DNA of 64,000 nucleotides from Lingula anatina (Eukaryota > Animalia > Brachiopoda): positions 27,472,401 to 27,536,400 of the forward strand of contig CM120641.1 of NCBI GenBank assembly GCA_051362555.1. The letters run 5' to 3'. Each line of letters starts with the position of its first letter. Position 1 is the stretch's first letter. Shown in pieces: positions 1-14,523 of this stretch. The translations under genes and the position numbers were made by a program. The notes below the pieces were generated by a model that worked only from the letters and a program-made list of their open reading frames with translations, was not told where the DNA came from and ran no database searches.

Positions 1-1692
1 GACGTATAAGCAACTACTGTACCAGGCAGGGGTTACTATGGTCTTGTTCTACCTCTGGTACAGTAGGCCGAACATATTGCTTAATTATGAAGACGCACAA
101 AAACGGTCAAACCAAATACTAACACAACTTGTTCTGTCAATCTGGGCTATGTCCGACTGAGAACACCACGGGTTTTCAGCCTTTCCGTGCCATGTGTTGA
201 AGGAAAATTTTAAACGAGCCCGGCCCAAGGTTGCCTCCCGTTAAGTATTGGTGTAAGCCCAACGGATGGGAACTGTTATAAGGTCAAATAAAGATAACTG
301 CCTTTCGTTTTTATATTATTTTTGTTATCATTTAGTTGACAAATGAAAATGTGTGCTTTCGTGCTGCGTTCGATATCTGAATTACCGAAAACAAGAAACA
401 ACGTTAACTCCACTGCGCCGAGGTAGGACGAGGAGAATTCAGTTTGATGGAATAACAGAAACCTAAACGAGCACACAAAACGAAAACTGTGTTGTCAAGT
501 TTTTTTTATCTCACTTAAAAATAACATGCTTACTTGTCAGTTATGTTACAGTTCAGAGAATATTAATACACATATTGCTAAGTTACGCCTTATGGTACAA
601 AAAACGTACCCCCATTACTTGAATAACATTCGTCATTAAGTATATTTTCATGTTAAATTTAACTTCAACGCCCATCCCTGCAGCCCCGGTTGACCCCCCC
701 TTGTAAAACAATGTGAGGTAGTAGGCCATAGCCTTTGCTCGGTAATCAATAGCAAATTGGATGTGATTCCCATAGCTTGGGGTCGGCGTGAAAAGCAACA
801 GCATTACATAAGTGACAAGTAGCGGCTGAAATCTACACCATATTTCGCTGACAAATCGCATCGTGTTTGCCGTCTAATCACTGGAGAGCAGCGCGTTCTG
901 ATGCCCCTCAGTTGCTCAAGTGTTAAATGTTATGCTAAATATGATAAGACGTGGCATAGAGCTGGCGTTTTTTATGTTTTCTGAAGTTGCTTCTCGGTTT
1001 TACAGTGGCCGACCACAGCTCCGTTTACAGGTCTTTCTACATCATTTACCTTAGGCAATCTTTTTTATTACCAAACTCTAACTATTTAAGTCTGGAATAA
1101 ATGGTAAACAAGAACTTGTTATATGACCTTAAAATGCGCCGCTGGACCTGGCTTATATATGTACAATATTGAAAGGGCCAAGATAGGGACATTCTTCATG
1201 AGGAAATACTATGTACTATGACTTATATTTGGAAGTACATACATAATAATAATAAAGCACAATACTAATGGTGTTATTAAACTTTTAGACTTCTCCAATA
1301 ACAATCAATTCCAATATCAACACTAAGCTAATGGTCACAATCAACCTGCACGGTGGATATTTCAAAGAAAAATTGTAATAACTAAAACAACTTTTTGTAA
1401 AATACCAACCTGAAGCTTTTTACATGTAAATGCCGCAAAATCTCTCCAAATATCGTTGAGTAAACTCTTTTACTGATCGACATATCGACACGCCCGGTGG
1501 TTCATTTTTAGGGACACTATATACACGTAAGTGTGTTTAAGATTTATTCCAACGCTTGAACCCATGTAATGTTATAACTCTTCAAAAGACGTAAAAGAAG
1601 ATATAAAGAAGAAAAATATGTTAACGGCGAAAACAAACAATTTGAGTCACTGAAATAGCGATGCCAACAACAACAACAATAATAATAATACT

Positions 1693-1793
<101 letters not shown>

Positions 1794-2185
1794 GTAAAAG
1801 AAAAGGTTACATGTTAAAAATATAAGTATTTATTTAGTTCTATTTTGTTTGAAACATCAATTTTTTTTTAAATAGTCTCATGCAAGATATATGCAATCTT
1901 GAAATGCCCAGGCATGACACATCTACACAATGACAGTGAATACAGCGTGATTCCTATTCCTGTTTCTTTATTTTTCAGAAGACTGAAAGCAATGTATAGC
2001 TATGGTACTGATTACTTATACTCACAACAAATGTCTTACAAACCATTGGAGGCATAGCAAAATAAGAATGAATTTGTCATTTATCCAACATAATAATTTA
2101 TTAACACTCAGTAAAGACTTTGGTACAGGTTGACTGTGGTCATAAGGCAGACTCTATACATTACAACTTTCTGTTTTATTTTCAG

Positions 2186-5100
2186 TTCCATGCGCAATGA
2201 TATTTTAAGAATTCCGATACCAACAGAGCCCGATGATCCCAAGTTGGACCCGAACGTCGTCTGTCGAACGTATCCGGACTTGACCCCGGAACAGTTCGAA
2301 ATGTGTCTCCAATACCCGGATGTAGCAGCGTCTGCCATCCAGGGGATCCAGATCGCCATGCATGAATGCCAACATCAGTTCATGGATCACCGGTGGAACT
2401 GCTCTTCGTTAGAAACTAAGAATAAAAACCCGCATTCTAGCCCGTTCTTATCAAGAGGTGAGTTTAGGCGCAATTCATTTATGTCTTCCTTTTTCCATTG
2501 AAATAAATTATATATGCAATCAGTGAATGAGTTTCAGGCATTCGGGTGACATGTATGAAAATCATATTCTGGCAAATAAATCGTAGAGGCACTCCATTAC
2601 CAAAAGGGGATTGCTCTTCATCCCTATTTAAAACTGGAGATTGAACAATGCCATATGGGAATTTGGATTAAACCGTAATTTTCACAATTTGTTCCTAAAA
2701 GCACAACACAAATAACTTACAAAGGGTTGTCAAAACTAGTTAAAAAAACAATTCGATTGGCGATAGTACAACTCTTTAATCGAAGATGAAGAGCTGGAAA
2801 ATATCTTAAGTCTGAAGCATCATACTCATATCTGCTGGTAATTTAGCTTCAAAATGTGTGCATGTACCTTCGAGGAATTGGTAGCGTCACGAACGTTACT
2901 TAGCCTAGGGGTGTCCAGCATTTCAAGGTAAAAATCACTTTTACTAAATTCCACCTGGGCTATGTGATGAGATTCAGATTCCAGTCCTTAAGTCTCATTA
3001 TCCACTTTAAAACAATAACACCTAGTTTACAGAACCCTCTTCGGGTTCAAGTGGCTTCCATGTAAGAAGATCGTAATCAGGCAATCAGTTACAAAGAATG
3101 ATATTTTTTCCATGTTTATCCCAAATAAATAACACAACATTCCACACGCAAAAGTGAGCACCACGACAGGTTCCACTTGTTAGGAGATGATTTTTTTTTT
3201 GTCGAAAGAATGAAGTAAATGAGGTGAGAGCAATGTTGAAAACTGGGCTGGCCTACTAGGAACGTCGCTAACAACTTATAGAAATGTACTACCTATGCTT
3301 TCGTTTGGAAGTCTTCGTAGACAAGGAAAGCAATTATATGATGATATCTTTCAAAATTGCAAAGCAAGCAACGCCAACCTTGAAATCGTATAATGCTATT
3401 TCATTGAAAAGTATTCGGCAAAATTTTATTATGAGAAACTTACAAATCCAAAAAAAAAGTAATAATAATAAATTTCAAATTAAAAGAATGTTTATTGTCT
3501 TCCTTTTTCAACTAGATAAGAGAGGACGAATAACCTTGACTTTCTTCTTGACTTTCTTCTTGTCCGACTTCAAGGATCAGGATTGCTGGCACGACAGTAT
3601 GCAGAGGCCCTTTAACCTGCCAGATTCTTTATATTTGTGTGACTTTTCCCCTTGTTCACATAATCCAGAGATTGGTTTGATAAGTCAAAGGAACAGTTTA
3701 ACAAGGAAAACTGTTTTCCAATAACCTCCAGTTTAGATATGCTACCATTATAAGTGGTTTGTATATTCGAACGTCTGAGCCTCTGTGAAGTTTGCAAAGT
3801 GCCTGGGTTGAAAAAGTTTCAAACTTGATATTATATTGTTCTTAACAAACTCACTTCGTGGTCTTTAAGAATGTCGGAGAAATGAATGCCCAAACAAGAA
3901 ATTATGGGAAATGACGGCAGTAGATAATTGTTTTTCACTTAGCAGCGTGAAAATGATTATTGTAAGTACGTAGTAGGAAAGCTCAACGAGCTAGCTTTAA
4001 TTTAAACCTCCCTGCCGCACAGAACTCTTTGCCTTCCTGGGCCTGCGATCCCGGGGCTATTGTTCGGATGTTGAATTCAATTTAGTTTTTCTTCCAAGGT
4101 ATGAGGAAAAGACCCAGTTCATTTATCTTATTAATCAAAAAGAAACACAAGACGTTGACCATTTTGTCTACAGACAGGCCTGGTGAAGTCTGCAAAATGG
4201 AGACGTGTTTTCACAGTAGAGGCGATCCAGTTGTCAAGGGAGCTTTTAAAAAGCAGACATATTACACATCAATTAGCTAGGAACTCTTTAATATTTGTCC
4301 AGCTTTTTTCTTTTACGTCTGCTTTTCTTACCAAAATCATGGCAGACGTTCCCACCTTCAAATTGTTTTTGCTAGGCATGGTTTCTATTTTTTAATGACG
4401 TAACATTTTTGTTTAATAGTGTGATGAATTAAACGGTCTTGTTAAGTTTGTGCGACCTTGCATGGTACATGTATCATAAAGAACATACGTATTCTAAGCA
4501 ATACACCAGTGCAAGCAGATACCACAAAAACACGTTTGTGTTTTCGTCATATCATTTTAAAATTATGTTATACGGAATTCAAACCGACAGCGCAATTAAA
4601 CTGATGTGATCCCTACAGTAAAAAAAACCTCTTTATACCTCGAAGAATATATAACTGAGATTGGAAAGAACAATCTAGAACATACATGTAAAGGCACTGG
4701 CTGCTCTTGTGCTGGTCTACCGAGATAGTCGCTGTCTCTTATGTATTGTAAAAGGACAAAAAACATAGGATTCAGGCTAACTCAGAAAAATACACAGTTT
4801 TGCCTCATCGTAGATGCTAGCAATTGGACAGAATATGGTTTTTGTACAGCAGTTCATGTAGGTTTATAGACACAGCCCGAAATTCATTGAGTTTGTTCAT
4901 ATTTGTTACAAGTATTTAACTTTTTTATCTCTGTAATGCCAGTTTTATGTAAGTCTTTTAAGACAGTTTTATAAAGCCTACTACCTTAACTGTTACTATT
5001 ATGTTTGTTTCTTAGTTTTAGAAATACATAATGCTTTTTTGTCGATATATTGATATTTTGTGTGTTTAGTGGTAGGTTTTGGTTGTTGTTCCTAAGCAGT

Positions 5101-6512
5101 CATAACAATTCCAGAGTTAAGCACAAAATACCCACAAAAAGAAAACATTTCTCAATTTGTATCAAGGTCCAAAAGGACCACCTCCTAGAGATGGAATTGT
5201 TTGTAAATAACTAACCAATCACACATTGGGTTTCAAGTCTTGCCGGTACATGTACCTGCTTGCGCTTATTTTTTTAATTCATTATTGGTCAATTTCCGAA
5301 TTTGCAAAAACAAAACACAATTTATTTATACAAGAAAGCATTGTAAGCAACCGACGTTGAGAATGAACTTGAACGGAATACGGTATAAATGGATAAAACG
5401 ACTGATTTTTTTTTTTTTTTTTGAGGTTTTAATAAACTAGTATGTGTGTCCCCTAAATGACACCGGAGTGGTATTATCAAATTAATTTAAAGATTAGAGA
5501 AGTACGTGATTGAACGCAAACAGAAGGTTTTCGTTTCCGAACTTTAACCCTACCCTGGCCACACAGTATGTGAATTTGTCTGCAGCCTAGTAGACTTCAA
5601 TAGCACGGTCCTCCCCTCACCAGAACCAATTCAAGGTATCACGAACCCTGTAACAAGCTGCAATTCAGAAACGCCTTTACAGCGGCGCCAGTACTTTTTG
5701 CTGTTTCTCCCCTTGATAATTTGCCATTTGTATGTGTTTGCAAGTTGAAGACAGTAAATCGTTTTGATGGCGTATGGTTACAATTGTGCCTGCGTTTCAT
5801 GAACGCAAGGTTAAGCAAAAAGGATGGTTTACCGCCAACGTTTTTTTTTTCCATTTAATTTGGTTGACCAACAAACAGAATGGACTTGCTATATAAATCT
5901 ACTAAATGTTTTGCATTATTCAGCCTCGTACTTGGCCAACGAAAAGCTTGAGTACTGGAGAACATAAATGCCCAGAAAACTCGGTAAACGACCTTAGTTT
6001 CGGAGAAAGGCAAAGTAATTTGTGGCGCTTGCCCCTGGCATTATTCTGAGTAGTTCAAGGCAAGAAAAAACAGGCTAAGTTCAGGTGACTCGCGATAAAA
6101 CACAATACAAGACTCCATAGAAATCACCCAAAGCAGTAACGATCTTAATGTGCTCTCTTTAGCTTAAGTGCAGTGCTTGAACCGGTCACTGCCCTCCGAA
6201 AAGTGTGCAGTTCATTCTCCGTTCATTCGACTGTTTGATTTATTTGCAGTATTTTTCCACAAAAATAAATATATTCTCAAGAAATGTCGACGGTACTTTG
6301 ACATATTTTTAAAAATTGCGCTTACTCAGTGATATGTTCATGACATAATCCCTGTCTATAGGTTCTCGCATAAATCTGACAGAGGATTTTTGGTTTAGAC
6401 GTCTGATAATTCTGATATTCACAGAACTCGGTGAATGCTAGAACTGTTCTGCCTATTTGTCTAAACTTTCTCTGCCCCTCTCTCTCTCTCTCCTTCCCTC
6501 CCTCCCTCTCTC

Positions 6513-6580
<68 letters not shown>

Positions 6581-6631
6581 TCTCACACAAATGCGCGTGC
6601 GGTCACACATACGCAATCCCACAAACACACT

Positions 6632-6669
<38 letters not shown>

Positions 6670-9600
6670 GAGAGAGAGAGAGAGAGAGAGATTAAAATTT
6701 CACCAAATGGTAGACAAAGAAAAGAGTAGATTCCGATATCTGGGTTTGGAAACGACTTTCGACAAGGGAGATTTGTTAAAGTCATCGGCGAATCATTTTC
6801 ATTATCTAACATCCTATTTATGGCAGCGAGGATGGGTCTTTAATTGACTCAAGATTCCACGTTTAATGAACTGGCGATTTTAAAGGGGAGTCGCGTCCAT
6901 TTTCCATGGCGAATCGGCTACTTCCGTGGCGCTTGCCCCTAATTATCGTCAAACGTTGTAAATATCAAGAACATACGATGAACCGGTGTTTAGCATTTCC
7001 AGAATATTGGAAGGGGTAGCTAATTCAAAACATGAAAAACATAGAATGTTATTCTAGAGAATTGCCCCAACAGCTATTACAATTTTGTTCAGGTCGCCAT
7101 ATTTGATTTGAACGAGCTAATAACAAGGGCAACACGACAGAAACAAGAAAATGCCATCCCCTTTTTGATAATTTTACAAATGCGTGATCTGATCAAAAAC
7201 ATTTAAATATGATGAATGAAAATAGACATTTTGGTCTGCGATCAAAAGAAAGCGAAATAGGGGACAAATGGAAAATTAAGTCATGCGTGCCGTTACAAAT
7301 AAGAAATATTGATTTAACAACAGGCTACAGAAAACTTTGCCAAAACTTAATTCTACATTCAATAGCGTTGTGTGAAAATTCTAAAATATAAAGTCACTGA
7401 GAGTGTTTTTTTTTCTGATGATTACCAAATGAATCTTGAATACTGTTTTTTTCTTTTTCGAAATTACGTTTATGTCGTCGTCAATTTCCTGTGTTATCAT
7501 TCTAAACACAACATTCATTTTAATGTAAGTCCTATTTCAATAAGTGTTCTTAACTGGTAAAATACTCCGTTGGTGTATTTTATTTTAAAACGTTTTCCCA
7601 TGGACGAAAAGGAACATATTTTTGGTTTAATTAAATCTTTTGCCTCTTTAGATATTGATCTGAGCTACAAAATAACTTATTGATTAATAGTTAATATAAC
7701 TTTTTCACCTTTGTTTCAATCCATTGTTTCTGTTTTATATTCTTTGTAGCAGGATTCCGAGAGACCGCTTTTGCCTATGCTATCTCTGCAGCGGGGGTGA
7801 CCGCACAAGTTGCAAAAGCATGTGCCATGGGAAAACTAGTATCCTGTGGATGCGACAGTAGAATCCAAGGAAAAATAAACCCTACAACCAAAAAATGGGA
7901 TTGGGGAGGATGCAGTCATAACGTCAATTTTGGAGAAAGTTTCACAGAAAAGTTTCTGGATTTCAAGGACATTGTTCATTCCGACATCCGGGCCCAAATA
8001 AATTTACACAACAATAGGGCCGGGAGACTGGTAAGTAATTTTGTGTAATCCTGTTGGTTATTATTATTCAGTATTTGGGCGACTCACAGTGTAGAAAAAT
8101 ACTTCTTATATAACGATACACTACAGTATACACCCGGAGTAGCTTTGTAAATTTGTTATCAAATCCACAACCAACAAATTAAAAAACGTACACGTATATT
8201 GTACCTTCTCATGCTACCAAAATACATGTTACAAATCTTCTTTTAACAACCCTATGCGTTCTTAAGCGTTTAACCTCCAGCTTTTCATCTTTTATCTTGA
8301 ATGAAATCAAACGATATCTTTATTGCTTAAAAAAGAACAAATTAGAACGGAAATAGGAACAACTAGAGAAATTGCGTCAGCGCGCCTATGGCTAATGCAC
8401 AGGCGGTTTTCATTTGTGGAAAAACATAACGAAGATTACGAAACATCAGGTGCGTATTTCAGTGAGTTTAACGCACCCACGCAGGCTTAACGATGATACC
8501 ACGACTAGCTTGCGGTTCTATTTCACTATAATTCTTAAAGGGGTTGCACATTATACAAATTTAAATTAAAAACCTGAAAGAAAAAAGGTTAGAAAAGTTT
8601 ATTTACTGCGGTACGATGGACTGCAATAAAAGGTCTTGAGTCTGACTTCATCACTGTCATTCACTGCAAACCTGTGATTGCTTTTTTTGTGGACGTTAGG
8701 GTGTACCCTTGTTGTCAATTCATCAAAAGACGGTTTTCAAAAGCCGTATGCGTGCGGCGTCCGATTCAATCACATCTTTCGACATTCGTGAGCAACGTTA
8801 CTTTTCAATCACTCTTGGATAAATGACTGCCTCGGTCGATCTTTTTTACCGGAGTCCCATTACACGCATGTCTAAACAAAGTCAACTTTTAAAAGAGGGT
8901 GAAAGGTTGGGCGAATATTAGATATGGTTCAATTGGGGCGTTAACTGAACTGCGATTTCAAAAAGAGAAAAATGTTGTTCATTAGAACAGGGCTTTTGCT
9001 TCCTTCGTTCCCAGGCGTGTGCTGCTGTTTGCCTTATTGTTTCTCTTTGATGGGCCAGGCTTTTGACATACATTTTATAACCAAGCATAGTTACACGGCA
9101 GCTGTTGCAATACGAAGATCTTATTCTTATTAAATACGCGTTCGCGTATAATGTTACAGGCATAAGTTTTCATAGAAAGACAAAGTATTTTAATAATTAA
9201 CCAGGACAAGAAAAAACATTGACATTACCGTTTTCGCGTGCATGTGTTTACATGGTACCTGTCTAATTCCTATTTCAAATTTGAATTTTAAGATGTTATT
9301 TTATTTACGTGGCGTTACTAAAAGTGACATGACTATTGTTACGCAATATAGGTTAAATAATTTTGACAGTGTTTTTAACTGCCTTTTTTAAATTGTAATT
9401 AATGAACTGTGTCAGACAATTGTGGTTAAAAAAAGCGATCCCATTTGTAGTAAAAAAAAAAAGTAAATGCACCTCTCACGGGAACCCTCTGCCTCTAATC
9501 ATGCTATAGAAAGCAAAAAGGGTTTGAAACACTCTCCGCTTCTCGCTGAGATGTTTGAGAGGTGTAAGATTTGGATACTTAATTCTATTGTTTCTCTTCC

Positions 9601-10577
9601 AGTTAGTGACACGTGGCGTGCGGACGCAGTGTAAATGTCACGGGATGTCAGGGAGCTGTGAGCTGAAAACGTGTTGGAAGGCTACCCCACCGTTTCGCAA
9701 TGTCGGCAACGAGCTCAAGCAAAAATACCACATGGCTACTAAGGTATTCCAAAACAAAATTCGGCATTTTATTTAAAAAGCATTGCTTTTTTTTTCTTCG
9801 TCAAGTTACAATGCTCTTCTTGTTGTTGTGGATACTTTTGTGCTTGAGCTTCAAATATTGGTCATATACCATATGCCAAGTTGCTGGATTTCACACTTCT
9901 ATGTACGTTGTTAACACAAGCTAAAATGGGGGTGGTTTACTTGATTGCGTTAGCTGTGTCAAGCGAACTAGGAAAGCTTTCCCCACTGTACATCATGGTT
10001 ACGGTTCGTTGAGTTATTAAAATTTGAAATGAAAGAGCGATTTCTTTAAATTCACGTCGAATTAAAAGTAAATGCCTATCGGAGGCACTCTTAAACACAC
10101 ACACACACACACACACACGTGTTTTAGGTACATGTACATGTACGCACATTGCACACGGCTAAGCACACAAGCAATTGCAGTCATCTCACATAACACATCA
10201 ATAAAATTAAAATCAGTTTAATCACCACTGAATATTATTATTTTTAATAGGTTGACACGACTAATTCAGCAAAAGGACGCCTGGTGCCTGCTTATAAAGG
10301 ATTTAAGCGTGGTCCTTTCAAAACGGACCTTGTGTATATAGAAAAGTCCCCAACATTTTGTGAACCTAACCCAAAGCTGGACTCTCCAGGTACGGTGGGG
10401 AGGATTTGTAACAGGAGCAGCACGGGGATGGACAACTGTGACTCTCTCTGTTGTGGGCGAGGTTATGACACTGTACGGATGAAAAGGACGGAGAAATGTG
10501 ATTGTAAATTTCATTGGTGCTGTTATGTGATCTGTAAAACGTGCACGTACAACGACTGGGTAACAGTGTGCAAGTAA
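2186..10577 (+). CDS. Wnt10: Wnt10 ligand, 5'-partial (four coding exons; signal-peptide exon not found in window)
   Basis: Exons 2186-2457, 7753-8030, 9603-9743 and 10251-10577 join in frame with GT-AG ends. Wnt10-type motifs: [68 protein letters not shown] (lipidated Ser), and C-terminal [24 protein letters not shown]. Confidence 0.93.
6478..6690. repeat. Compound (CT)n-(CA)n-(GA)n microsatellite in a Wnt10 intron
   Basis: Directly visible simple repeats; they explain the low-complexity ORFs at 6431-6847. Confidence 0.95.
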
Positions 10578-13500
10578 CAGGGACTCCCATAGGAATTACT
10601 TGTGCGCCATCAGTTAAACATTTTTTCAGTGATATTTGGCACAAAGTGTATGCGGTGGCGATTCACTGCTTTATGGAGAGAACGGATTGTCGTGTCTTTT
10701 ACCGAAAATATCATGGATCCTGACAGACTATATGCGCCACTGGTAGAGATGGGGGAGATTTCACCTGAAAGTTTTGAAATGTTTTCTTCTTTTCAAAGGG
10801 ACATCGTTTATGCCTTACGCACCATATCAAAAGTGACTTCGTTCGAAGAGAGATCTCTATTCACAGGGGAAATAAGTCCAGGCGAGGGTTTTTTCATTCA
10901 CAAGCAATAGAACTGGAAAAGATTTACATGGATGAATATTTCCTAATGTGTCGAAGTTCCAGAAGATGGAATATATTGTTAGAACTTGGAGAATTCATGC
11001 GAATTCTAATACGAGTTTTGGTGGACGGATGATGGGACGTCATAAAAGCGGTGTTGTGCGTATGCGTTTGCAATGGATTTGTGACTTCACCGTTTGAACG
11101 CATGAAAATATAACCTAAACCTAAATATTTTATATGTGTATATTATACATCAAGATGCTCAAGGGTTCAAACACATATTGTTATATATTGTAATGTTATT
11201 TGAGAACTGCCCGTTTATTTTTTTCTTACTTCTCACTCTTTGTGTTTTTGTCGACAAAAGGTGACTCGCTTATGTCATCTTAAATATCTGTGTTTTACAT
11301 TAATTTTGGTTTAAGAGGAATGATTACAGGATTCATTACACGTGCATACTCTTCAAACTTTTCCATGTCCAAATCACTTGTACAGTCTAAGTCGTCAAGG
11401 ATAAACAGTCCATTTCAGTACGTTGAAAATAATAGACTTTACTACGTGAAACAGTTGTTTTACAGATTCAACGTTCCTTTTTGTATAATTTCTATTAAGT
11501 TATACTCTGTACAGACACGTTATTTATTTGCTTTTTACTGTGTACAGTTTGTAAATAAAAATCTTGTATGGTTGATGACTTGTTTTTTAGTGGGAAAGAT
11601 GCCGCCATAGTGACGTACAACGTGTCACTTACTAGTCTCAAACTTACAAAAAAGAAACATATAAGACTAAAATACAGCTTCAGTCTAAAAACCAGTGTGA
11701 TTGGCTTACAACATTGGTCAAAAAGGTTGTCCCGCCCCCATTTCCATGTACTTTTATTTACAAATGATCACCTTACAGCTGTAAATTGTTAGAAATAGTG
11801 TTTTTTATTACGGATACCGTGTCTAACATGATTAATGGTTTAAAAAATACAAAATAGTGGTGAAAATATACATATTTTATACCATTTAGTAAAATATATA
11901 AGAGGTACCCCCTCAAATCGACTGTTTCACTGTGACTTCCACAGATGTAAAGAAATGTCTATAAAATTGAAAAGACGCCATCAAATGTCACCAAATTCAC
12001 ACACAATTAGCATTAGGGTGTGCTCGTTAAAGATCACGTGCCTAACAGCGTGTGCGTCTACCGTGTACTGCAATTATCTCCTGTAGACGGCGCGACAAGC
12101 CTTCAACATGGGTAACAATTCTGTTTCGACAAGAGGGGGGGGGGGGGGGCGGAGGGGGGGGGGGGATTCGGCTTCGCATCCGCGGACCTGCCCTTCAAAT
12201 AATCCTGGATCCGACCCCTGGACTACATCCCATTTTTTTATTTTCGTTGGACATGTATGACTATTTCTTGTTACTTTAATGGTGTCTCCAATACAAAATT
12301 AAAGAATGGTGAGTCAGTAATAATGATGTCGTTCATAAAGATGAGACATTATTCATATTTTATTCCTATTCTACACTTGTGCATTTTCCAATAAATTTTC
12401 TGCTGACACTTTCAATTTATAAATCAAAACTTATGTAGAAATTCACTGTGAAAGTCTGAATGTTTAAAACAACAATTTGATAGATCTGCAGCAGGATTAA
12501 AGACATTTTGAAATTGACAATTGGTCCAGGCGTCTGTTGTTGGACCGCTTAAAGTTACATATGAATTAAGGAGCATACATTCCATGTAACAGCATATAAT
12601 TTAAATCACTTCTTCCAGTTTCTTAATCGACTGACATAAAGTCCGTCCGCCAAATTATAATATACATTATAAGATACACCAAAATAGTTATGCAGTCAGT
12701 AAAAAAAGCTTTCAAAATATACCTTCATCGAATTTGTGGTTGTTAATTCGACCTATTTATCTGTCCCTCTAGTTCGTAAAGGTCTGTCAAATGACGTAGT
12801 AATGTATGATATGCAATAGCATGGGTAATTCAAATTAAATGATCTGGGGTTACCGTGAATATAAAGCACAGAAAGTAAGCAAATATCCAAAACGAAACCC
12901 TTCAGTGTTTCTATAAGTTCTATAAATTATATTTGGAACATTATGGTGGCATGTGATATGAATCAGTGGCAATGATTTGACATAACAACTTGCTTCAAAT
13001 GCATTTAGTCCCTTATTAAGGAATATAATTTAAGGAGGGGACAGTTTGTCTGATGGCTCCTTTGTATAATGAATCTCAACGCACTAATTATTTTTTATGG
13101 TGGAAGGTGCATTTACATAACCCCAACATACCTTTACATTTTTTTAAATCCCAACTTATAAAGTGAACTAAGATCCTGTACATGTATTTGGTGAATTTGT
13201 GGTTGGGTAAATGCATTTTACTGCATTATGAGTTAGCTTGGCAAAAATGTTTGGGAAGGGTAAAGTTTCAAAGCTCGGTGCCGTGGTGGTAAAATTCAAC
13301 CATTTACAGGAGTTGGATTGTAAAAGAACATGACACCATATAGGTGTACATATTCAACAGACTGACACACAGAGAAAAAAAGAACTCAGAATTGAGATTT
13401 TTTCATGTATCCTCAAATAATAGGGGGGAAGATGATGTCACTTTGGTGAATCGTCTTTATTCAGCTCACAAGACGAATCTTACGTGCATAACACAGTTTA

Positions 13501-14523
13501 GGCGAAGTGAAGTACACTATTCACAGACGAAGACGGCTTTGAAGTTGTCTTTAATCACAAAGGTAAGTAAAAAAAGAACTACTTGGGTAGCTTAAATTCA
13601 ACTTAAACATTTGTTGTGCCTGAAGCAGAATTTGAGTTTGTAACCAGAAGGAATTTTTATTAAAAAAACTCTCCTTTGACTTTTGTTTGGTTTTGGATTG
13701 AGAGTTTCTTTTAGCAAAATGATATAATCCAATTAATACACATGAAAAACATCTGTGCTCCTATGTCATGTTAGGTGCGGCTTCTCAGCAAAACTATAGG
13801 TAAAAAGATAAATTGTGTTTGTAGTTTGTTATCCTTGAAAGGGGTTTCCTTTGATCAGACAACACTCATAAGTTGATGAGCGACCTGTGCTAACTTTATT
13901 GCGTGCGTAACGACAGTAGTGTTGTAAAGTTAATGGCTTACATCTTCACTAATTGCAAATAACTGTTTAAGGACAGTCAAATCAGTAAAAAGATAGGGAG
14001 TAATTGAGTGCAAGTTAAATTTCTTTAAGAGTCAAAAAGTGTAGAAATTGTTTTCGTGGTAGAAAAAATGGAACACGTCGCAGTCACATATAGTTCGATT
14101 TGATTGGTTAATTTCTCAATAGATTTGCAAGTTTCTGCCACGTGTCAAACACATGCAAACGAAGGTTGGATATGGTCCAAGCATGAGTAATTCAAATAAT
14201 ATTTTAAATATTTTTAATTTTAAACAAGTCTCTTATAAATTACCTAAAACGAAAATGTTGAATGGTGGTTTGCCACAGGAGAAAAGAGAATTCCTTGTGG
14301 CTGGGCCCATTCTTTATGGCGTCTTTGACAAATATCATGCCATACAAACAAACTGGCAGCTTGGCTAATTAACTTAGTCAATTAACTTGGTCATTTAACT
14401 TGCCCATTATGCTGTTAACAATGCAAAGACACCATAAAGAATGGGCTCAGCCAGGGCGTAATAAACATGGGGTCTGGGCTTTTTATGCATGGGACTAGAT
14501 TTGGTCCAGGCCTTTGACATATA

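Noticed and set aside
3284-3724. 146-aa ORF in a Wnt10 intron
   Set aside because: No recognisable domain and AT-biased composition; likely a chance ORF.
6431-6847. ORFs rich in SL/HT/ER dipeptides
   Set aside because: They are translations of CT/CA/GA microsatellites inside a Wnt10 intron.
10602-11792. ORFs downstream of the Wnt10 stop
   Set aside because: They lie in the probable 3' UTR (AATAAA at 11554) and show no protein features.
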